DNA of 64,000 bases from Eukaryota sp. GEM-RC1 (taxonomy: Eukaryota), in NCBI GenBank assembly GCA_040285855.1, contig JAUFOQ010000013.1, positions 992,001 to 1,056,000 of the forward strand, given 5' to 3'. Positions 12,291 through 23,657 of the stretch are shown in pieces (the stretch's first letter is position 1; each line of letters begins with the position of its first letter). The notes below the pieces were generated by a model. The model searched no databases. It was not told the origin of the DNA and was given only the letters and a program-made list of their open reading frames with translations. The translations under genes and the position numbers were made by a program.

Positions 12291-13908
12291 ATTTATTTGC
12301 AACAATAAATTAATACATACTAATTCAGAAAATGAAAGAAGTTAAATTCTCCACATCAACACGAGAATTGTCCCTATATAACTTCGAATAAATGGAACAT
12401 AAATACTTGGGAATGCTTCTATAAAGAGCGAACATAATTCGATTAATCCATACAGCGCTATTGAACACCTTGCCATTAGAACGACATAAAAGACTAAAAT
12501 CACTGAAAAACTTTAAACCGGTCGGACCAATATTACCAAAAATTGAAATGGCAAATGGAACAAATGAAAACTTAGAATATAGATTTTCATTAAGCTTCTG
12601 CAAAGCATCCGCATAGTTTGAACACTTTTGTTGTTTAGCCTTTTCCAGATGACCATTCGAATCATTTATTCTGGAGTCTTGGTAGACTTTTGCAAACGGG
12701 TCAACTGTAGTAAAATCAACCACAACTTGAGATGAATCCAGGAAAGGAGCAATTAAGTCACCACGCCAAGAATCAAACACGTTATTGTCACTATAATGTT
12801 TCAGAAGAGGTTCAATTTTACAACTATAATTGTAGGATTTGAACATTTCATAAGTAACGTCACGAACAGCGTTATGTAGAACAGATCGAAATTGCAAAAA
12901 TTTCTTGCAACTAACAACATGACGAAAGGTGGCTGTAGATCGGTTATCGCAAACACAGATTGAATTATTTAGCAAACCACTAGGGAATAAACCTAAACGA
13001 AGACGCATATGTTGCTTCCAAGCATCATTGTTCAAATGTAAACCAAAAGGTCTAGGTTGTTGAGTGATAAAGCTAGAACATTGTTGAATGTCACATAAAA
13101 AAGCTGCAAAGACGGGATTATCAATCTTAGTCACACTAAGTCTTTTACTGAAATCCAAGTCTTCCAACTCAAGTAATGTAGGATTCTGTAACTTAACTAC
13201 AGCCAGAAGTAGAAATTCAATTGACCGATCAGGAATAGATGAAACACTTTTCGGGAAACTTTTGGTCCAAACGTCAATAGGCAAACCTTGAACTAAGTCC
13301 TCCAAAGAGTTCAATAAAGCGTAAGAGCCGTCTACAACTGAATCGAAAATATTTTCGAACCGAAGCTTACTCTCAAAAAGAAAGTTTTTCATACCACCAA
13401 CGAAAGCACTTTTACATAAATACTCAGCTCTTGAATAACTAACACCACCAAATTTTGAACTGCAAAAGGCATGATAAGGAATTTTGGAACTATTGATTTC
13501 AACCAAATTCCCTAAAAATTAAGTTCTCAAAGAGTTGAACTCACGAGCAAAACCAAGAGAAAGCTCAGGTGGTAAAGATCTAAGAAGATGATTGATTTTC
13601 GATCCAAAACACACCGAAAGTACTGGAAAAGCCAAGTGGTTATCGATCTTGAGATCTTGTATAGTCTGCAATTGAACTTTGATTTTCTGAAGATAATTCT
13701 TGAGCACACTCTCAATCTGCAAAGGATCGCCAAAATAGGAACCCAAAAAGCGAACAGCTTCAGTGATATAGTCCACAAACTGGATAGATTGCTCACCATA
13801 CATAAGTTCCGCAAACCGCTTACCAATAAGAAAACATTTAGGTAGTTTGATTTCTAAACCAATTGATTGAGATATACTTACAAAATATTTTAAACCATTC
13901 TTAAGAGA
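12291..13908 (-). mobile_element. 5'-truncated non-LTR retrotransposon, RT C-terminal part + Zn knuckle + RLE (CRE/SLACS-like architecture)
   Basis: IGLEIKLPKC and RFLGSYFG (late RT motifs), KFGGV, CVC..H...C, RGDLI..VVDFT..K..K..PFAISIFGNIG; truncated just downstream of where YxDD should be; TSD ACTTAAAG at 12283-12290 and 13909-13916. Confidence 0.88.
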
Positions 13909-15341
13909 ACTTAAAGGTAATTTAATTATAATTAATTGGATTAATTCCATGAGAATTAATAAATTCTAGCCACTGACTGGTGTTTTCATTCGTAATGCAT
14001 AATTCACCACTTTTCTGAGTTTTCTCACACCTTTTCACACACATAAAACCTCTATATTACTACCTTTGAAAATCTTTTGATGACCTCTATACATACTTCA
14101 GCATCTTTTACACTTCAGTAGATGATGTTGGTTACACTTTCAGCATCTTTTTTGTATCATGAACATGTTATATCTTTGCTTAGGCTCCAACTTCGACTCT
14201 GTGATAGAATTTGAACAACAACTAGGCAATCTCCACGAAATGAAAGACTTTCTTGTTCGACAAGTTAATTGTTGATCTCTCTGTGCTATCGGGTAGTGAC
14301 TATTTGGAATGATAAACTCTGACAATCAATAGATCTTCTTACATAACTAGACACCAACATTAACTGATTATCACAGTGTGACTGACTTCACAATTTGGGC
14401 CAGATCAGAGAAGAAACTAAGCATAAGGACAACACTAAGATGTAGATCGATGCATGTCTAAACAATGAGTCTGACATCTGAAAAGTGTGGTTATGTTGCA
14501 TTGATGTGATAATGACTGCTCTGCAACTTCTACGACCTATGAGATGTGTCACTGCCTTATCTTTGAACCCCTTTCTTTCCCGTTTTACTGTGGAGATAAC
14601 TTCCGCAATCGAATAACAAATATTCCAGCTGGAAGATGCTATGCTTTTGAACAACTAGTATTGGTTGTCTGACAACAATAAATATTTTTATATTGGAGAA
14701 CAATTAAATATATATTTAAATTATTGTGAAGCTTAAGTACGGGTGCTAAGTGATGTATATGGAACACTTTACCTCCACCAACCATCGACGTAACACATAT
14801 CTAGTTTATGGTCACAAAGAAGAGATGTATAAAAATATATTCTATATCTATTCTTCATCCGTGTTAACACTTCCTGAATTAGCGTAGGAATTGTTTCAGC
14901 TGCTAGATATTAGGCTGCACTTCCTGAAGCACTTCGTAATGTGACAATGCAAAAGTTTGGACATTAAGAGTTCACAGAAGAGGGTACTCATCAATAGAGA
15001 ATCTTCCTGTAAATTAAAATTAAGTGAGTTTTAGTTAATTTGTATCAGGATAAGTCGCCAATTAGTGACATTTTGCTGAAAATATATTTCAGAAAATCTG
15101 AACGCAATAATTTGCAATTATTGCAATAAATATAATTTTCTCTTTCGTACCCATAAATATTGTAAATGTTTGTAGGAGCACAACAAATGTTTATGACCTA
15201 TAAATATTTAAATATTAAATAAAAATATTTTCTTCCAATAACTGACTTACATCAATTTTCGTCGGCATACTACTGTAGTGTGCTAGTGTAAGTCATGTAT
15301 TGGTGAAAGTGTCACCAATTAACTTTTTATGGAACAAAAAC

Positions 15342-16177
15342 CAGGGGTGGGAAAACAATATTGCTCTTCCAACATTGCAATAAATATTGCTCCAATATTT
15401 ATTGCCGCTCTTTGAGGTGGAACAATATTTATTGTTACACCGGTTAATTATTGCAATTATTGCAATATTGGTCAATATACTTCGAATTGTTCTTTTCCTT
15501 GTTTTGCATCACTATTTGGACTTCCAAAACCATTTTTGTTGTCTTATGTGTTTAAATATAGTGAGAGTTGCTTTATCGTTGATGATTTCTAGTTGGTGTA
15601 TTGTCATAATGTCTGTCATTTGAGCTCAGTTCGACTTTTTAACTAAAAGTACAATGTAAATTCTTTCCCTCACACTTCTGATTCTACATTGCCATAATTA
15701 CTTCTAATGACGAAGTCCAAAGAAACAGAGTCTAGGTACATTGATTTAAACTGTATTCCTTCTACCTCTTACATATGTGAACGACTGTTCAGTAAGTTAA
15801 AGAGAGTGATCAATTGCCACAGATTTTCTCTTAAGCCTTCGAGTCTTGAAATGCAAATAATGATGAAGGAGAACAGTGACTTTTGGGATGAAACTACTTT
15901 ATGACATATCATGACCAGTACAAAATACAAATTCGAAGATGTAGATAATGGTATTGAGATTATTTCGGATATTTCTGATGATGAGGAACAATAGAATATG
16001 TGAGTTTTTTGTAATAAATACATACATATATAATATGATTCATATTGTTGCATTATTGCATTATTGCAATATTGGTCCAATAATTGCAATATTTATTGGC
16101 ACTATTTCAGAATTGCAATATTTATTTTGTGGCTAAACAATATTTATATTTATTGCAATATTGTTTTCCCACCCCTG
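15342..16177 (+). mobile_element. Non-autonomous hAT element retaining a dimerisation-domain fragment
   Basis: Perfect 23-bp TIR CAGGGGTGGGAAAACAATATTGC; perfect TSD ACAAAAAC; ORF 15707-15904 IPSTSYICERLFS...RFSLKPSSLEMQIMMKEN; ATTGCAAT subterminal repeats. Confidence 0.95.
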
Positions 16178-16527
16178 ACAAAAACAGTAAGAAAAAGACA
16201 AAAACTAGAACTGAATAACATTAAAGCAACATTCATTGCCATTAAAACTCACATCAACTTTTTCCTCATAGAAAATACTGAGAGCTAAAAGATCTTTTGA
16301 AATCATAATAGGAATTGTTTTATATACTGCTAAATCAAGAAAGTAGATAATCTAATACTCTAGTCACGCAAGAATCTGAGTAATTCTATCAACAAACTAA
16401 AAGGCTATGGACAAAGTGAGTACGGTAGCAGATTTTGAAGTAGCAAGTGCAGGCCTGGTAACCACAATACACAATACCGATTTGTTTTATTTTATCTTGC
16501 TGTGGTTTTCATTTCAAATGCATAATC

Positions 16528-18018
16528 CTACACACCATTCTCTCCACAGTTTGGCACATTGTTTGGCTGCACTTTAGGTATTGACGGAGGTGACTGAGAT
16601 GGCATTGTCTGTTTACTTTCAGAAACAATTCTTTGTTTTCGTGTTTGAGGAGTAAGACCTGATTGACTGAGTGGATCTCTGGTCCTGATTTTTTTGGAGA
16701 CACGGATAGGTGTGACAGGAACGGGTTTTAATACTGTAGGTGGTAATGGACTGGCTGGACTGATTTTTGATTTTCGTTTGGCAGGAGTAGCACCAGATGG
16801 CTCTCTTGGTTTGGACTTACGTGACTCAGGATGATCAACAGTCGTTACCGTTGGTGGTACAAAATAATTAATAATAGTCTCTCGAACTGAACCAGCATCA
16901 ATGTCCTTGTTAGCGTTCTGTAATTCATCTTTTACAGCTGAAACTTTAACTATATTGCGATAGTTCAAAGCATGTACAAATATTCTGATATACTCAAGAA
17001 CATAGACTCCACAGTCATTAGGTGTTTGTTTCTGGGTAACAGGTACAATGATAGGCCAATACTCAAGCACACTAAGTGCTGAATTCACTGTTGATAAGAA
17101 CACATTGAAGCTACCAGATGGACATTCTACGTTTTCTTCATCTAGATAAAAATCATTAGTGTCGTAATTTGGATCAATGAACAACCACTTTCTGTGTCGA
17201 CAGTTGATAATCAACAACCCCCAGTGATAACCTCTGGTACCTGTATTATTAATAACAGGAGCAATGAAATATCGGCAATAACCATTATTTGTCAATTGTT
17301 GTATGATAAACTTCGTGAGTAGAACAACATCAAATTGTTGAGTGGTTGTATCCACAGCATTGTGCAACATTAGAATCGGAGAAATAAAGCATTCAACAGG
17401 ATAATTATGTAATTTTAAGAGATACAGACAATACTGATCAATAACTTCATCATCGATCCACTCATCAGGCAACAAAGTCTGTAAGGCTGATTCAGAAATC
17501 GGTCCTGGATTGGACTCAATATCACCATCAGCGGTGAGGTCTTCTTTGAATGGATGACGGGAGGAGAAAACTATACGTAATATGAGACACAAAGCAGAAA
17601 AAGATGATGAAACAACAGAAAGGATCATCTGAGGAATATTACGAGACGAAGTCGAGGGTATGATGGAAAGCACATGAACACAATTCACATGGGCTGTTTC
17701 ACTAGCGGAAACGAAAATAATTCTCCAACATCTCATTATACTACCTTGGTCTTGAGGAGCGTGTGAGGATGAAGTAGTAAGGCGGCAGGTGGAAGAGTAA
17801 CTCCAACATCTCATTATACTACCTTGGTCTTGAGGAGCGTGTGAGGATGAAGTAGTAAGGCGGCAGGCGGAAGAGTAACTCCAACATCTCATTATACTAC
17901 CTTGGTCTTGAGGAGCGTGTGAGGATGAAGTAGTAAGGCGGCAGGCGGAAGAGTAACTCCAACATCTCATTATACTACCTTGGTCTTGAGGAGCGTGTGA
18001 GAGAATTGATGTCGACAT
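16528..18018 (-). CDS. 2A-like StopGo peptide followed by a Ulp1/SENP-family (C48) cysteine protease and a Pro/Ser/Lys-rich tail
   Basis: EDLTADGDIESNPGP; LLPDEWIDDEVIDQY; YHWGLLII (His); FIDP (Asp); QKQTPNDCGVYVL (Gln/Cys). First ATG at 18018, alternative ATG at 17628. Confidence 0.88.
   Translation of the reverse strand: MSTSILSHAPQDQGSIMRCWSYSSACRLTTSSSHAPQDQGSIMRCWSYSSACRLTTSSSHAPQDQGSIMRCWSYSSTCRLTTSSSHAPQDQGSIMRCWRIIFVSASETAHVNCVHVLSIIPSTSSRNIPQMILSVVSSSFSALCLILRIVFSSRHPFKEDLTADGDIESNPGPISESALQTLLPDEWIDDEVIDQYCLYLLKLHNYPVECFISPILMLHNAVDTTTQQFDVVLLTKFIIQQLTNNGYCRYFIAPVINNTGTRGYHWGLLIINCRHRKWLFIDPNYDTNDFYLDEENVECPSGSFNVFLSTVNSALSVLEYWPIIVPVTQKQTPNDCGVYVLEYIRIFVHALNYRNIVKVSAVKDELQNANKDIDAGSVRETIINYFVPPTVTTVDHPESRKSKPREPSGATPAKRKSKISPASPLPPTVLKPVPVTPIRVSKKIRTRDPLSQSGLTPQTRKQRIVSESKQTMPSQSPPSIPKVQPNNVPNCGENGV
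17500..17541 (-). other. 2A-like ribosome skipping motif DLTADGDIESNPG|P
   Basis: Exact match to the D(V/I)ExNPGP consensus with the GD and DLT upstream residues typical of active 2As. Confidence 0.85.
17723..18001. repeat. 78-bp tandem repeat, ~3.6 copies
   Basis: Units start at 17723, 17801, 17879 and 17957, with one substitution; they encode SHAPQDQGSIMRCWSYSSACRLTTSS in frame. Confidence 0.97.
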
Positions 18019-18548
18019 TGAAAGTAAATGATTGTTTGACAAAGATTTCTTCCATCTATAGTAGGATATCTTACAAGTCAGTCACATTTCATATAATTCC
18101 AAACGTAAGAGCTACTAGCTATCTCCTACTTACTAGCTACTAGCTATTCACCCATACCTCCTGACGACTAAGAACTTATGTCCACTTCAGATTTTCTGTT
18201 TCATACAAGTGTCTCATATAGATTCAGGGTTACTCTAGTGTTGACATTAATAAACATAAATCTCTCTACATAAAACTTTATCTCTCATAAGGTGTAAAAG
18301 TAATAACATGTATATTATCTTTTAAAAGCAAACTAGTATGCCTATGTAATTTGTTTGTTGATGTTTTCTATAGTATGTTTTAAAAGTATATGTGATAAGT
18401 TATTTTATATTGTAATTCAACGTATCTATATTCAGATTAAAGCAAAGAGAAGTTATTAATTGATGACCAATGATTTATTCCTACTGCTAGTAGCTACATG
18501 TACATATCCATTGTTATAAAGATTTTATGATCGTATCAATCAATCCAA

Positions 18549-21500
18549 TCAATCTGTAAAAGTTCTGACTTCATCAGGTACATAAATATCATCGCGAAAG
18601 TACTCAATATACTTTTTCGACAAATTCTTAAAGGAAAAAAGATCGTCGTCATGTGCCAAAAGAATCTTCAACTTGTAAACTTTTTCATGCAGAGTTCGAA
18701 GTAGTAGCATGTCAGAGGGAATGTCATATACGATGCACATGAGATTGTTTCCAATGCTACAGTCTGGATTGTTACAGATCATGTTAAATGCTACTTGTGT
18801 GGCTGCAACAAGAAGTGCTTTGCTTTTTTCTTGCAAAAATAACTTGAATGTATTTGTTTTCTGGGGAGTTTTTGCAAGATTGCATAAGGAGAATACGGTA
18901 CATGGTAACTTTTGTTGAAACTGTCTTACGAGATCTCTACCAGTATCAATGTTTCCAACCGTGATAATGATTTTATCTTGTGTGTTCAAATATGTGCCCA
19001 GTAGTTGTTGCAAACTATCCAATTTGAGGTGTGATACAATTAACTGTGATTTTTCCGAGCACGTGGGAATTGATGAAGATATACTTGATGAGGGAGTTGG
19101 ATGAGGGAGTTCTTCGACAGATTCTTCATCATGTGAACCCAATAAATTCACGTAGTCAGAATCCGTGTCATAATTCGGAGCTATCACATCACTTTCAGTT
19201 CTTACTTTTTTTTCTGGTTTAGTCACTTTCATAGCGTCTGATCTTCGTTTGCGGATATCTGGGAGATCTTTGTCTTCAGATATTTCGTCTTCAGAAATTT
19301 CGTGTTGGAAAAAGCCGGCCAATAGTGATTTGGAATGCTTAGAAAAAGTCCAGTCCGGTGGTGGGTTCGTAGATATTTCGGAAGAGAAGGAAGATGCAGT
19401 ATCTGCCCAGCGTAGAGTCACAATACTTCCTGTGTCAACAACACAATAGATTTCGGGCTTTACGAGTGATGGGAAAATTTTAATAAATTTGGAAAACTTC
19501 ACATTAGCAGAGACAAAACGATTATCAGTTTCCAACGTATTCTCTTCAACATGGTGAATACATATTTCTAATCGTTCAGAAACGTATATGATATACTCGG
19601 GGTGGCCAAATAATCCACAAGCATCAATAATGACCTCGTGTGTTCCCGTTCGAAAAATACATTCTGCAGTGGCATTAGTCTGTGTGACAGAAACAATATA
19701 CAAGGAATTATCTCCGATAATAATTTTTTTGTGACTAATATCAGGAATCACTCCAAATTTTTTAAAGTTTACACCATTTGGAGTGGAAATGATGACATCA
19801 TTGAAGTCAACACTGTTTTGGGCATAAAAAATTGATTTAGCAGTCAACAGCAGATGCATATAGAACATCTTAAATTCGATAAAGGTCGAATCAATCACAC
19901 TTTCTGCTTTTGGAAGATCATGTCTTTCAACATATTTACTTGAATCCTTGATTGCTGGAATATGGGTTAAAACACCATCTTTTCACTAATATATACATCT
20001 TTACGCCTGACACTTACACTACTACATTCAGTCATCACTCCAACTTCAGAAGTAAAAAGATTTCAGTACTAAAAATCCGTGTCGCGAAATTTAATACAAT
20101 GACACTACATTGATTTTTAATGGGTAAGAACACCCACATTGAAGAGGGATGAGTTGGAATGGTGCCTTGTACTGCTATTGAACTATAATCAAAATTGGGA
20201 AGATCAATTCGATTCCATAAACAGTCATCACCAACTGTCCATATCAATACTTCTTGAGAAGCTGTCAAAACAATAAGATACAAGCCACATCTAGTAATTA
20301 CTGCATTTTTAATTTCAGATGCACATGATTGTGTAGAAACAGCTGTGAAATTTAATGGATCAAATGGAGTTGATGACAACAAGACATTGGCAAGAGCAGG
20401 CTGAGGTATAGGTGGTTGCTGGACAAATAATGGTTGAAGGTCAGTTGTATCTGTCTGTAATTCCACAGATGAATTCTCAACATGGGATAGGGGTTCAGTT
20501 TCAGAAAAGTAGTATTTTCCTGAGGCAGAGTAGGTACGCATATATTCAATCAGTTCAGTTAAAACATCGCATTTGACACAATTTGGACATTCAACATTGT
20601 TGCAAAATTTAAAGGTATCAACATATTGGTCGATTGAAAACGGCTTGAGACCACCAATGTCATAAGATATGTGCTGTAGATCAATAACTGATCCAGGTTG
20701 TACATTTGTAACAAATGTGAGTTTCTGTTGAAGTATCGCGATCTGTTCAAATAGTAATGATGGAGAGATTCTTAATCTTTCAGCCAGATATAGAATAAAT
20801 CGACATCGATTAAGACAACCAATGACATTGATCAATTGAGATAATACATCTGCATCATAATCATAGTCAAGTTGATCACCGTCAAAATTAAGAATTGCAA
20901 TCTTTTGTTGTTCAATAGATCCCTTCGTAAAATTGAGAAACATTAGTTGGGTGAATAAATTTAATAGTGTAGGCTGAAAGTAGCAACATAATGAGGGGGA
21001 AACTGTTTTTGTGATGACACAAAAACACCAGAGTAATTGTAGCAACAAGAGGCAGGTAAACGAGTGAAAAGTGAATTGTCAAATTTGAAATCAATGCCGT
21101 CTACAGAACCATTCAGTGTAGTACACTTCAAGGGTTTTTGATAATAATCGTTTTCAAACATCGGTACCATATTAAGTTCTAGTTTTCCATTACGATCACA
21201 AACAAGATGTTTATTTAACAAATTGGCAATCTTTTGATTAGTAACACGCTTTTGTTTATCCATATCATGAAGTGGTTTATAATTACCAGAATCCAGACAG
21301 ACCGAACAATGCACGTCATTGATGAACGGCAATATGCGTTTATGAAATTTTGAAGCAACCTCATTTTCGAACATTTTGGCAAAGACGAGAGGTGTTACAG
21401 TGTTGTTGGATTTGTAAAGGGTTAGAAACAAACGCTTTGGATGATCTTTAGGTAGCAAGTGTAAATGAACACTGTTTTTCAGGTATTTTGAAAAACATAG

Positions 21501-22900
21501 AACATCATTCAAATCATTGAGGTCGAGTGGTAGTATATCCTGCATCATTTGTTGAAAGATACATTCAATAGGAACTTCAGTTGGAGATGTGAGGACTGTT
21601 GAACTTCGTGGACTACGGAACAAAATTGTATTGTTAGGATAAGATGAAATAAACAACTGGGTCAATTTTTCTGATTCTGTTAAGTAGCAAAGTTGTTGAT
21701 AGAATCGCTGATTCTGGAAAGCAGACCATTCATTATTATTCTTATCGATAAAAGTACGGTTGAGATTAAAGTTTCGAAATTTGAAGCGATTAGTGAGTAA
21801 CACCTTAACACGATCTGCATTATTAAGCATAGTTTCAAAAATGAATTCCAAGGAGTCAATATGGCCTTTAAATGAATAATGAATCATCGACTTGTTGTTT
21901 CCACTTGATGATCTGATTAATTTTTCTAATTAGTGTATCACAGAAAAACTTGAGAGATTGGATATTTAAAAAGTCCAGAACTTCAACATTGATTGTACCA
22001 GATAGTAATCGGAACAAAAATTTTAACATAACATTTAAATCTGAATATCCATGATCAGCGTCATCAGCAAGATACAATTTCAAAAAGTTCCCAAATTTAG
22101 CAACTTGATTTACACTATCTGTATGAAACTTGAAGTTGAACAATTGTGTATCAAATGCACATAATAGGACCAATCCCGGAATAACTTGTTTTCCAACAAA
22201 ACAATTAAAAACAAAATGAAAATGTTCATGAGAGTCACAAAACAAAATTCCCATTCGACCCAATGGTGTTAGTCCATCTACGATATATTCACTTTCCATG
22301 ATGTTTCGAAGATATAAAGAATGCATTGCTACATCCAAGAGATCATCCTTTGGTGGATCAGGCATTGACTTGATAAAGTTTCGTGGTGTGTTTGAAATCC
22401 TTTTGACTGTTAAAAGAAAATCTTCCAAGGGAGAATTAAGAATTTGGGGCAATTTAGTTTGATGCCTGAATTCGTTGCCGATATATTCAAAGTCAAATAA
22501 TCTGATACATATACCAGGCATGGTTCGACCAACTCTCCCAGCACGTTGAATTGCTGAGGACTTTGAAACATGGTGGAGAATCAATTCCTTTTTATAATTT
22601 GGAATTCTTTCAAGTCCAGTGTCCAAAGCGATCACTGCATTGTCAATTGTGAGGGAAGACTCTGCAATGTTCGTAGAAGCAACTATTTTAAATTCTTTGT
22701 TTTGAGGTTTACTTGTTGCCTTCTGTTGATCATCTCCACTCATGTCAGAATATTACTATTTTTTCCTACTACAGTAGGATCTTCGTTCTCATGATCATTG
22801 TAGTACTCTAGAATCTAGCCTCAAGATAGGTTCTGCTTGATAAACATTGCTTTGCATCCGCTATGTAGGTCAATATTTTTTCCTTTTCATTCAATTCTTA
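18549..22900 (-). CDS. Large (~1400 aa) frameshift-fragmented protein: DEAH-helicase RecA2/HA2, Cys-rich segments, beta-propeller-like region, degenerate DEAD-type C-terminal domain; N-terminal helicase half missing
   Basis: STNIAESSLTID (motif V), QRAGRVGR (motif VI), PDPP..LTPLGR (HA2). Four abutting minus-strand ORFs. C-terminal KLDSLQQLL..KIIITV..LLVAATQVA..IVYDIPSD. Confidence 0.65.
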
Positions 22901-22966
22901 CTCAATATAACGAACATTTGATATGTTACGTGTTTACGAAACACAATGATATGAAACATGTTTTTA

Positions 22967-23614
22967 TTAATAGGAATCTGACCCCTTATCAAAAGGGTTC
23001 TTCATAAAACTAGACCTTTTGACAAGAGAATTAAGAGGAGGAAGTGGGGTCGAAGTGATTTCAGTTGATTCTGACTCTAACTCATTGCTTGAGTTACTTG
23101 ATTCTTCTTCATCATTCAATAATTTTTCTTCTCTAACTGTCTTTGGAGATTTAACTTTCTTCATCTTAGCAAGTCTTGCAGAACATGAAACTTTTTGATG
23201 TTGTTCATGTTCTGCAAGATCAGACAAGTCTATTGCTGAGTCAGTTTGATCTTGAATCAAAACATTATATAAATTTTGAGAGGACAAGGAAGTAGTGGTA
23301 CCATTCTTTTCTTCAAGAATATGAGTTTCTTTGTTAATAAAGAATTCAATGTTTTCCTTAAGATTATCACCAACAACATTTTTAAACCATGTTGTATTGT
23401 TGGTGGACACTGCGATATGAGAAGTACTATCAGCAGCTCGGGTGACTAAGATAAAATCTACATTGATTCCGAGATTGTAAGATGAAGTAGAAGGAGTTGA
23501 TTTTGTCTCAGTAAAAGAAAAGACATTGTATACATCTTGATGTTTAGATGCATACTTCCTCTGATAAGCAGAAAGACGACGTTTCCGAGACAAAACGTTT
23601 GTTGATGAGTTCAT
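22967..23614 (-). CDS. Hypothetical protein
   Basis: Uninterrupted ~215-aa ORF with a basic N-terminal SRKRR and an acidic/Ser-rich C-terminus. Confidence 0.6.
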   Translation of the reverse strand: MNSSTNVLSRKRRLSAYQRKYASKHQDVYNVFSFTETKSTPSTSSYNLGINVDFILVTRAADSTSHIAVSTNNTTWFKNVVGDNLKENIEFFINKETHILEEKNGTTTSLSSQNLYNVLIQDQTDSAIDLSDLAEHEQHQKVSCSARLAKMKKVKSPKTVREEKLLNDEEESSNSSNELESESTEITSTPLPPLNSLVKRSSFMKNPFDKGSDSY

Positions 23615-23657
23615 GCAAATTTTGCCGGTAAACAAATTCTCCTTCATCGGAATCTCA

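Noticed and set aside
17723..18001. CRISPR-like array (also considered for 24440-24601)
   Set aside because: Head-to-tail repeats without unique spacers; no cas genes; eukaryotic context.
12291..18018. 2A-Ulp1 ORF as the 5' half of the RT-RLE retrotransposon
   Set aside because: The RT-RLE copy has its own TSD (ACTTAAAG) at 12283 and 13909, and no N-terminal RT motifs lie between the two.
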